From: an uncultured Gammaproteobacteria bacterium
GTDB taxonomy: Bacteria > Patescibacteriota > Microgenomatia > JAMCZE01
Direction: 5' to 3'
NCBI GenBank assembly: GCA_964641255.1
Contig: CAZXMM010000001.1
Span: 601,984 to 665,983, forward strand
DNA: 64,000 nt
The number at the start of each line of letters is the position of its first letter. Positions within the stretch are counted from its first letter, which is position 1. Shown in pieces: positions 46,569-54,581 of the stretch. The notes under the pieces were generated by a model. That model searched no databases. It worked only from the letters and a program-made list of their open reading frames with translations, and had not been told where the DNA came from. The position numbers were made by a program, and so were the translations under genes.

Positions 46569-46574
46569 GATCGC

Positions 46575-47195
46575 TTAGTTAAGCAGAAATATTCTTGGAT
46601 TTACTGGAATTCCAAATACTCTTACTTCAAAATGCAAATGTGGTCCTGTGGCCCAACCTGTTTGACCTTCTAGGCCAATTACATCATTAGTAGTTACTTG
46701 TTGACCTGTAAACACATAAACCTTGTCTAAGTGACCATAAACTGACGTAATATTGTCTCCGTGGTCAATAATTATATGTTTACCGTAACCAATTGCTGTT
46801 TCTCCTGCGTAAATGACTTTGCCATTCATAAATGGGACTATCGGGTCGCCAATTTTGCCGCTGGGATTAGCAATATCAATTCCTGTATGAAGAAGTTGAT
46901 ATGGTAGATCGGATTCTCCAAACCCAAGAGTAATAACTCCTTTAACTGGCCAGACTATTTGGGCATGAATTTCTTTAACTACTGAATTGTCAGCTGGATT
47001 ACGAATTTGGATAGATTGAGTTTGAACATTAACCGTAGCTAACTTATCAGAAACAATATTAATTCCTGTGTTTGTCAAAATTATGACTGCCACAATTGGC
47101 ATGGCCAGAACAATGAGGAAAGCAGTAGCTACGTAGATAAGTTCTTTTCTAAATGACCAAGCGGCCAAAATTGTGCTTGGAGTCAAGATGGCCAT
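46575..47195 (-). CDS. M23-family peptidase (cell-wall hydrolase of the T4SS module)
   Basis: HTGIDIANPSG...GPHLHFEV. Confidence 0.7.
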   Translation of the reverse strand: MAILTPSTILAAWSFRKELIYVATAFLIVLAMPIVAVIILTNTGINIVSDKLATVNVQTQSIQIRNPADNSVVKEIHAQIVWPVKGVITLGFGESDLPYQLLHTGIDIANPSGKIGDPIVPFMNGKVIYAGETAIGYGKHIIIDHGDNITSVYGHLDKVYVFTGQQVTTNDVIGLEGQTGWATGPHLHFEVRVFGIPVNPRIFLLN

Positions 47196-49003
47196 TAAAG
47201 ATAAATCTCCTTTGGATCAGTCGTTAGAAGTGGGTGTTCTTTTTCTGAAGCCACAACTTTAAGGGCAACATGGTTTTGGTCAGCAATAATGAGAGCTTCT
47301 CCTCGGTCACATGTTAGGAGGAAATGTTCCTCATATTCACTTAAATGAAATTCCTGAGCTACTTTTTGAATGGTGGTAGTGTCTTGCTTCATCAGCACTC
47401 TAAGTGCTGATTGCGAAGCAATGGCCCGACCATATTCTTGATTTAAGAAATCATTGGCTTGTTGGGAAATGATAGTTACTCCCAAATAATATTTTCTCGC
47501 TCGTCTAACAAGTCCAGAAATGAATCTAGCACTTTCCTCATATTGGAGAAGCAACCAACCCTCATCAATAACGAGAATGCGTTTTTGAGGGTTCGTCTTC
47601 ACTTCCGAGTTCACAAAGTTAGCAATTGTTAGCATCATGATTTGTCTCAAAGACTCACCAAGATCCTTAATGTCAAAAACTACTAAGCGATTGGTTAAAT
47701 CGATGTTTGTTTGGGAATCAAATACTGAGGAGAGTGATCCTTCCACAAAACGTTCTAATCGGTTGCACAGATCAGTTTGTTTCACTGTTTTGAGGGTTTT
47801 ATAAAAATCCTTCAAAATCGGGAAGTTTTTATTCTTTGCTTTTGTACTTTTTCCATTCATTGAAAAGCCAAACTGTTTGTAAGTTTGAATCAGCGCCTTA
47901 TCTACCATCGCTCGCTCTTCAGTTGATAGTGAGCCCGCCATCAGTGAAATTATCTCTGTTAAATCTTGAATATGTTCTGAAAGACTGTTTTCTCCGTGAT
48001 AACTCGTGTTGGAAAAGTCAAAAGGGTTAATTTTCTCCTTGGAGTTGGCAGACAGTTTGATGTAACTGCCATTGACTGATTTTGCTAACTGTTCATACTC
48101 TCGTTCTGGATCGATGACAATCACTCTTGTTCCCTGCATTAGCTGCCTGAGTATTTCAACTTTAGCAGTGTAGCTCTTGCCTGAACCTGACTGAGCGAAA
48201 ATTATGCTGTTGGCATTGTTTAAACTGAATCTGTCGATGATAACGAGTGAATTGTTTGATTTGTTGATGCCATACAAAATGCCCGATTCTTGAACCAGTT
48301 CTGAAGATACAAAAGGGAAGGTTAATGCGGCTGAAGAACTATCCAAGTTGCGCTTTTGATTGAGAAGATTCTCGCCTCGAGGCAGAATTGATTGCAACCC
48401 TTCAATTTGTTGAAAATTAGCAGTTTTAATATAGAAAAGTCTGGTTGACATGACTGTTTCTAGTATTGTGGTTAATTTGTTTAGGTCACTTAAGCTATCT
48501 GCAATAAGCGTAATGTAGATTGAAAGTTGAAACAGTTTTTCTTGACCACGTTGAATCTTGTCTTTCAACTCAATTGCTGATTCAAGAGGATCAGTAATTT
48601 CCGATCCAATCACTTTACCGTCTTTAAGCATTGTTCTTTTAGTTGATTCCAGTTCTGTAATCTTTCTGGTTAATTTAGGCAAGGCCAGTTGTGGGTCAAC
48701 TTGCTCAATGTGATAGGAAATATCAACATTGTGATTAAAGTTGATCAGCATATTCAACCAACCAGTTGAAGCAACGTAAGGATAGCCAGAAATAAACAAG
48801 GTACGAACAAATTTATCTCCGACTTGGAGGTATGAGGCTTCTTCCATCATCCCGGAATAAGACAGTAGATCGACTTGATCTTGTTCCCCATGATGAAACT
48901 CCATGGAACGTTTAAATGTCTCTTTTTGAGCTTTTCTTTGTAGCCTCAGCTGGTTAATTTTATTGTCTTTGAATTTATCGATTAGATTAAGCATGGTTGT
49001 CAT
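47195..49003 (-). CDS. VirB4/TrbE-like conjugation ATPase
   Basis: Walker A AQSGSGKSYT, Walker B VIVIDEGW. 602 aa. Confidence 0.7.
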   Translation of the reverse strand: MTTMLNLIDKFKDNKINQLRLQRKAQKETFKRSMEFHHGEQDQVDLLSYSGMMEEASYLQVGDKFVRTLFISGYPYVASTGWLNMLINFNHNVDISYHIEQVDPQLALPKLTRKITELESTKRTMLKDGKVIGSEITDPLESAIELKDKIQRGQEKLFQLSIYITLIADSLSDLNKLTTILETVMSTRLFYIKTANFQQIEGLQSILPRGENLLNQKRNLDSSSAALTFPFVSSELVQESGILYGINKSNNSLVIIDRFSLNNANSIIFAQSGSGKSYTAKVEILRQLMQGTRVIVIDPEREYEQLAKSVNGSYIKLSANSKEKINPFDFSNTSYHGENSLSEHIQDLTEIISLMAGSLSTEERAMVDKALIQTYKQFGFSMNGKSTKAKNKNFPILKDFYKTLKTVKQTDLCNRLERFVEGSLSSVFDSQTNIDLTNRLVVFDIKDLGESLRQIMMLTIANFVNSEVKTNPQKRILVIDEGWLLLQYEESARFISGLVRRARKYYLGVTIISQQANDFLNQEYGRAIASQSALRVLMKQDTTTIQKVAQEFHLSEYEEHFLLTCDRGEALIIADQNHVALKVVASEKEHPLLTTDPKEIYL

Positions 49004-49607
49004 TTAGTAATGTTTGAATAGTTTGGCCTTTTAATTGCTGAGTTTTCGTTTGGTCCTTGTTATAAAAGGAATAAAATAAATCCAATAGCTCTAAACTGTC
49101 GAGTTGTCTGGCTTTCATTCCTAACTTTTCAATACCTTTCGTAACCAGATCGGCATTCAACTTAATTTGTTCTTTAATAACTTGGAAATCCTTAATCTTG
49201 GTTGTGTTGTGATAGGGAATTACAATGTAAAACCTCCGAGAAAGGATTTTGTTGCCGGAAACTACGCTTTTAATGAAGTCAGAGTAATTGGCAATTTGTT
49301 CTTTATACTGAGCTTCTTTTTCTTCCGTTTTTGATTTTGCAATTCCCTCCAAGTAGCTGTCGATGTCAACTTCTCTAACTCGAACAAGAATTTGAATTTG
49401 ACTAGGAAGTGAATTAAGGAAGTTTTGAAAACTATCAATTAGAACATCTTGTTCCTGCTCACTTTTGAGTTCAAAGTTAATTGAGGAAGTCTCAATGGCC
49501 ATGCGGTATTGTTCGCTGGGAAGAATAAGAATACCGTCTTTAACTTCTTTGATATTAATTTGTCTTCGGGAGCTAACTTTGTTGCTAGACTTGTTCAAAA
49601 GCCACAT
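48987..49607 (-). CDS. T4SS-associated hypothetical protein
   Basis: Operon position only. Confidence 0.35.
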   Translation of the reverse strand: MWLLNKSSNKVSSRRQINIKEVKDGILILPSEQYRMAIETSSINFELKSEQEQDVLIDSFQNFLNSLPSQIQILVRVREVDIDSYLEGIAKSKTEEKEAQYKEQIANYSDFIKSVVSGNKILSRRFYIVIPYHNTTKIKDFQVIKEQIKLNADLVTKGIEKLGMKARQLDSLELLDLFYSFYNKDQTKTQQLKGQTIQTLLNDNHA

Positions 49608-50094
49608 GGAGTCCTCCTTTCTTGTTTGTCTTAAAACTAAAGCTCAAATTTTTGTTTAAGACCAATTTATCCAGTTCCACTAAATCCTTGATGCCAATAT
49701 TCTTTGTTGGATTGATTACTGGTTGGAGATGTGCTTTTCTAGCAAGGTTTTTTGCCTTCATTGGAACTTCTGGTAAATAGAGAGTGCGTAAACAGTTATC
49801 GTTTTTGTTAAAGACGTAATATTTTGGCCTTAGGTTGTAGTTAGACAAAACAAGCAACCAATCAAGAATAATTTTTCCTTTGATGCGCATGGCCAAAATA
49901 GTAAAAGTGCTAATTGCAAGCAAACTAGCTGCTATCTTGATTGGGTTGAGTTTGTAAGTGGGAGGTAAAACTACATAAAGAATAGTGGCACTAAATATTG
50001 CACCTAAGAAGAGAAGGATTTGCGTCAGATTTAGGTTTCCGGCAATCTTATCCTCCACTGTAGTAATTTGTGCTGGCACAACTGTTGTTCTCAT
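49585..50094 (-). CDS. T4SS-associated membrane protein
   Basis: Two TM segments. Operon position. Confidence 0.35.
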   Translation of the reverse strand: MRTTVVPAQITTVEDKIAGNLNLTQILLFLGAIFSATILYVVLPPTYKLNPIKIAASLLAISTFTILAMRIKGKIILDWLLVLSNYNLRPKYYVFNKNDNCLRTLYLPEVPMKAKNLARKAHLQPVINPTKNIGIKDLVELDKLVLNKNLSFSFKTNKKGGLHVAFEQV

Positions 50095-51386
50095 ATTGCA
50101 ACCGCCTTTCTGGGTACTTTGATTACTGCTTCTTTAGCCGCTACTGCTGTAGCTGAACTCGATCTTTCAGTGGTCATTACATTGACAATTTGACTCCCCA
50201 TTTTTTTGAAAGTGCCATTTCTCGAAGTGTAGAAGACCATTTGCATCATCGTGCCAGGAACTTTAAGAAGGGTGAGAAAAAGTCCAATTGCAATCGCGAT
50301 TGCTAACAGTGAATTATTAGAGTTGCCAGGAATAGTTAAGAATGCAGCCGCTAGTTGAATAACTACTACATGGATAAACACAGTAAAGACAGTAGCGACG
50401 TAAGATTTAATCGCAATTTCAGCAAAGTCAGAGAATTTTGGTAAGGTCCATAGCAGAAAGATAAATGGTGACAAAACTGCACCTAAAGAAATAGTAATTA
50501 GTCGAGCAATGTACATAAGGAGGAGAACCACTGCCAAAATGAGGAATAGCACGAGGAAAATAAGTGTAATAAGTGGAGTAGTGCCAGTGGCAAAGCTCAC
50601 GGGATTAATTGCATCCATAATCCAGGCATGGCTCAGTCCTCCAGTGGAATCAAGAATAGTTTTGACTAAAGTGTTAGCTGTGGTAATCACATAGTCAGCC
50701 AGGAATAAAGAAATATTAGCTCCCAGAAATGCGGTCCCAATTCTTGGCAGCAGTTGTTTTAATTCCACTTCTTCAAACCCAAGAGTGCTGGCACTCATGA
50801 AATGAAGACCAAGCAGCGCCACCACCAAAACAAATAGTGTATCCACGATTCCCAAACTAACTAACCAAAAGTTCGTAATCACTGAATTACCCAAAAGATT
50901 GGGAGTTGTGGTTAAAAAGCCAATGATGCCGTCAACTATTGGTTTAGTGGAACTTTCCACGATGTTTTGAATGAAAGCAGATACTGCGTCAATTAAGACT
51001 TGTGATAAACCATCACTTGGCTTAATGGTCGTAATTGGTGCAATAGTTACAGCAGCAGAATTTGCAGTAGTTGAGGAAGCAGGCAGCGCACCTTTAAAGA
51101 TGGAAATGATCAGTCCCGCAGACAGAACCACAACGAGACCCATTAAACTGTTTCTAATTGTTTTCTTGGCCTCATCTAGTGCTTGTGGTTGACCCGCTGA
51201 GGTGAAATAGAGATAACCACCTTTAATTAAGAAAAGCGTTGCTGCCGCCGTTGCAATGATGGTAATGAGATTTAAAGTATCAGTGGTATAAGTTGCCAAA
51301 TCCGTTCCCGCAGCAAATGCGGGCAAAGGAAATATGAAGAAAGCTAGGATTACTCCTAAAATGGTTACAACTTTTCTCATAGGCAC
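50091..51386 (-). CDS. VirB6/TrbL-like polytopic membrane protein with N-terminal pilin-like domain
   Basis: Signal peptide. The N-terminal domain GGYLYFTSAGQPQALDEAKKTIRNSLMGLVVVLSA is homologous to the adjacent small pilin-like protein. Six or more TM helices follow. Confidence 0.4.
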   Translation of the reverse strand: MPMRKVVTILGVILAFFIFPLPAFAAGTDLATYTTDTLNLITIIATAAATLFLIKGGYLYFTSAGQPQALDEAKKTIRNSLMGLVVVLSAGLIISIFKGALPASSTTANSAAVTIAPITTIKPSDGLSQVLIDAVSAFIQNIVESSTKPIVDGIIGFLTTTPNLLGNSVITNFWLVSLGIVDTLFVLVVALLGLHFMSASTLGFEEVELKQLLPRIGTAFLGANISLFLADYVITTANTLVKTILDSTGGLSHAWIMDAINPVSFATGTTPLITLIFLVLFLILAVVLLLMYIARLITISLGAVLSPFIFLLWTLPKFSDFAEIAIKSYVATVFTVFIHVVVIQLAAAFLTIPGNSNNSLLAIAIAIGLFLTLLKVPGTMMQMVFYTSRNGTFKKMGSQIVNVMTTERSSSATAVAAKEAVIKVPRKAVAI

Positions 51387-51388
51387 TT

Positions 51389-51736
51389 TTAATTACCTGT
51401 TCCTGATCCAAAAGCACCAGTCGCCAGTTGTGTGACCATGTTAGACAGCACAAATGCTCCCAGAACGACCACTAAGCCAATGGCTGAATAGACAATGGTC
51501 TTTTTGGATTTATCCAGTGCTTCAGGATTGCCGGAACTTGTGATGTAACCAAATCCACCAACGACAAAGAACCCAGAAGCAACAAGACCAGCGAGAGTTA
51601 CCAGAATAGTAATGATGCTTTGGATAAATGTTTGAATTTTTGATACATCAGCGGAAGCGGCAAAAACTGGAGTGGTAATTGTAAGTGCTGTTAAAGCAAG
51701 AGCTTGTAAAAAAACAATTTTCTTCATATCTTCCAC
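51389..51736 (-). CDS. VirB2/TrbC-like pilin candidate
   Basis: Signal peptide plus two hydrophobic helices. GGFGYITSSGNPEALDKSKKTIVYSAIGLVVVLGA. Confidence 0.45.
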   Translation of the reverse strand: MEDMKKIVFLQALALTALTITTPVFAASADVSKIQTFIQSIITILVTLAGLVASGFFVVGGFGYITSSGNPEALDKSKKTIVYSAIGLVVVLGAFVLSNMVTQLATGAFGSGTGN

Positions 51737-51964
51737 CCCCTTTCGGAAGTTCTTTTTATGATGGGCAGAAGAAAAAAGAAACTTACTGTGTAAAACTATT
51801 TCAAATTATATCAACGAGTTGAAGAAAGTCAATTGGGACAATCTAAAATATGCTTTTTGAAGCAACTTATTACACAAGGAGATTTAATTTTTCTCCGAAA
51901 AATTCGCTTTTTTCAAAAACATTAACTCAAATTTAGTTTCTCTTGTCTTTTGTGTCATCTATGT

Positions 51965-53233
51965 TCATAGCTCTATTTCAAACCGTGGGGCAAAAGAATA
52001 ATTTGTTGGAGATACTGAACGAATTTTGTCATAAATAAACATTTTTATCCCAATTCTTCCTGATTTCCCGCCGCTTGTGTCCCAACCCCAAAAATATTCC
52101 ATTGGTCTTCCATCAGCTTTTCTCACCCTGTACTCAAAGGCATAAGGCTCTACTAATCGCTCGGCTCCGTCATACTCCATACTGACCATCTTTTGCGACC
52201 TGCCAGCAGAGATTATTGTATTGCGCTCAGCAGAGGGAAAATAACTGGCCGAAGGTGTTGCTCTAAAATACGAACTGGATCTACCGTAACCACCCATGTT
52301 CGGCGTCGAATATGCAAAAGCTGGTGCCGGTGTTGGCGGGGGAAGAAGTGAAAACAAAACATTAACCATATCCTGAAATCCAGAAACTGCTCTATCAAAA
52401 TCAAAGACACTGAAAATTGGAGCGATAATTTGTTGCCAAAACGGCCGATATTCCTCTGTCGGGACATTTAAAAGTAAATTCTTTGCAACATCTGGAGAAG
52501 ATTCATAAATGGTTTTCTTCAAGAAAGTGGTAATAACTTCCTGTCTACTTACACTGTAGTCGTTGTTCACCATAATGGAGAACACTAAATCAAATAAATC
52601 AGTTACTTTTCCTCTTTGGATTGAGGAATTTAACTTTGACGCAAGAATTTCTTCTAATTTCTGGCATTTTAAATTTGCGACACAGGATTCTGCATCCGAA
52701 TAGGGATGTATCAAAGATTTATCTTGAACAGGAAGGAGTATTTGATCAAAAGTTGTGACATCTAGCTGAACTTTTAATACAATTTCTTCTTCACCGTAAA
52801 AACTTTTAAAATAAATTCGTGCTTCATACACCTGCTTATTTTCTTTGTCAAAACCACGTTTTTCATCTACTTGAGTCTTATCCACTTCAAAATTCACACC
52901 AGTTCGATCATGAGCATATTGGCAGACTTCATTGATGGCAGCGCCGATCGTGGTGGGATCAACTTCATTGACAACGGAGAAGTCAAGATCTTTAGAGAAA
53001 CGGGTATTTTTAAGATAGGCCTTCCGCAGTGCATTCCCTCCTTTAAGGATGAATTTTTCTCCCAACTGAGATTCGTTGTAAATTCCAGCAAGTAACCACC
53101 CAAAAACATAATCCCTTTGCACATTCGCGGGATTAATTTGGAATTCCTTTGCTTTCTCTTCTATTTCACCATCCTGGATCATAAAAAAGACTTTAGGGGC
53201 TGCGCTCCTCTTTTGCAAGGGTTTCCGTTTCAC
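51965..53233 (-). CDS. AbiEii/DUF1814-family nucleotidyltransferase with ~150-aa C-terminal extension
   Basis: ILKGGNALRKAYLKNTRFSKDLDFSV matches GGTAL...RfSeDLDf. No AbiEi-like gene upstream. Confidence 0.5.
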   Translation of the reverse strand: MKRKPLQKRSAAPKVFFMIQDGEIEEKAKEFQINPANVQRDYVFGWLLAGIYNESQLGEKFILKGGNALRKAYLKNTRFSKDLDFSVVNEVDPTTIGAAINEVCQYAHDRTGVNFEVDKTQVDEKRGFDKENKQVYEARIYFKSFYGEEEIVLKVQLDVTTFDQILLPVQDKSLIHPYSDAESCVANLKCQKLEEILASKLNSSIQRGKVTDLFDLVFSIMVNNDYSVSRQEVITTFLKKTIYESSPDVAKNLLLNVPTEEYRPFWQQIIAPIFSVFDFDRAVSGFQDMVNVLFSLLPPPTPAPAFAYSTPNMGGYGRSSSYFRATPSASYFPSAERNTIISAGRSQKMVSMEYDGAERLVEPYAFEYRVRKADGRPMEYFWGWDTSGGKSGRIGIKMFIYDKIRSVSPTNYSFAPRFEIEL

Positions 53234-53359
53234 TTCAATGAACTACGCATAGCTTCGCCCTTGCAAAATTCACCTTGCTTTCTTAATAGCTCCTATCGGA
53301 AGCATGCGCATGCTTCCGATCTTTAATTTTTCGGGAGCACGAAAGGAGGTGAACAATTT

Positions 53360-53659
53360 ATGCAATTACTACCTAAATATGTTGTTTCTACAATTCCTAA
53401 GCTCTATGAAGTAGAAAATGAAGCTGATCCACTAGTCAGATGCAAGTTTTTCTTGCCAGATTCAAGTTGGACTTGGTATGTTTTGGAATTTGATGGTGAA
53501 GATAATTTTTTTGGCTATGTGGTGGGAGCGGAGCCAAAATTAGGCTATTTTTCTTTCAAAGAGTTGAAAAATGCTAGGGGAGCACTAGGTTTGCCAATTA
53601 AAAGAGACTTTCACTTCAAACCAAAACGTTTGCCTGAAGTGAGAAAACTTCACGAATAA
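53360..53659 (+). CDS. DUF2958-like protein
   Basis: KFFLPDSSWTWYVLEFDGEDNFFGYVVGAEPKLGYFSFKEL. Confidence 0.4.
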   Translation: MQLLPKYVVSTIPKLYEVENEADPLVRCKFFLPDSSWTWYVLEFDGEDNFFGYVVGAEPKLGYFSFKELKNARGALGLPIKRDFHFKPKRLPEVRKLHE

Positions 53660-53664
53660 ATTAA

Positions 53665-53689
53665 TTTGCCGCCACTGCCCGGCGGCAAA
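53665..53689. terminator. Bidirectional hairpin between convergent genes
   Basis: TTTGCCGCC-ACTGCCC-GGCGGCAAA: 9-bp perfect stem, 7-nt loop. Confidence 0.45.
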
Positions 53690-53691
53690 CT

Positions 53692-54456
53692 CTACTTTAC
53701 TGGTTCCCAAATTATTAGGTCTAATTTGTCAGTTTCCAAAATTTCCTTTGTGGAAAGAAAAAGCTTAACTTCATTGTTAAAAGATTTTTGAAGCAAAGAC
53801 TTACTATACATAAAAATGTGCTTTTTAAGTCGTTCATTGGGACAAACGAACAAGATTGAAGGAAATGGGCTATTATCTGTACTTTCTTGCCATTGTCCAT
53901 CCTGAAAATATTTCAAATAATATTTGATTCTATTTCTCAACACAAATGGTGGGATATTATAATCAAACAAATCCAAGAAATATCTCTTTGTTTGTTTTTC
54001 ATTTTTAACAGAAATATATGCATCGGGAAGAGGATCAGGAAAATATTTATAACCTTTCAGATTTTGTTTAGTAAAAAATTTAAGAACCGACCCCTTTTCC
54101 TCCTTAGATAAAAGGAGCAAATAGACCGTAGCTATAAAAAGATGATGGTTAATAAATGGTTTTTCTTTGGTTTTTTCCTTATACAACCTACTTAGAAACG
54201 TTTTTTCAAATTTATCATGATCTTTTAAGAGCTGCCCCGATTTAGTATCTAAGCAATAAATGAATGGTTGTGTTCGATCTTTGTCTTTAATTACTGCAAT
54301 ATATTTTTTATATTCTAGATCTTGTAGCCAGGTATTAATTCGATATTGAGCTTTGTGGTTGAGTAGCTTTTGGAGATGATTAGTTGTTAAGTAGCGGAAT
54401 TTATATAGTAAATGTATTATTTTTTCTTGGCCTTTGGTTGTAGGTGGAGTAGTCAT
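53692..54456 (-). CDS. Replication-relaxation (Replic_Relax) family protein
   Basis: IIHLLYKFRYLTTNHLQKL...RINTWLQDLEYKKYIAV...CLDTKSGQLL. Confidence 0.5.
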   Translation of the reverse strand: MTTPPTTKGQEKIIHLLYKFRYLTTNHLQKLLNHKAQYRINTWLQDLEYKKYIAVIKDKDRTQPFIYCLDTKSGQLLKDHDKFEKTFLSRLYKEKTKEKPFINHHLFIATVYLLLLSKEEKGSVLKFFTKQNLKGYKYFPDPLPDAYISVKNEKQTKRYFLDLFDYNIPPFVLRNRIKYYLKYFQDGQWQESTDNSPFPSILFVCPNERLKKHIFMYSKSLLQKSFNNEVKLFLSTKEILETDKLDLIIWEPVK

Positions 54457-54581
54457 GGTTAGGTTAGTCTTTAGGATTATAAATAAAGCCTCTTATATTT
54501 ATATAAGATATAAAAAGGATGTAAACAAAAGTAAATTAGGTTCAAAATTACTCAAAATCAGTGTTAACGCGCTAACACAAT

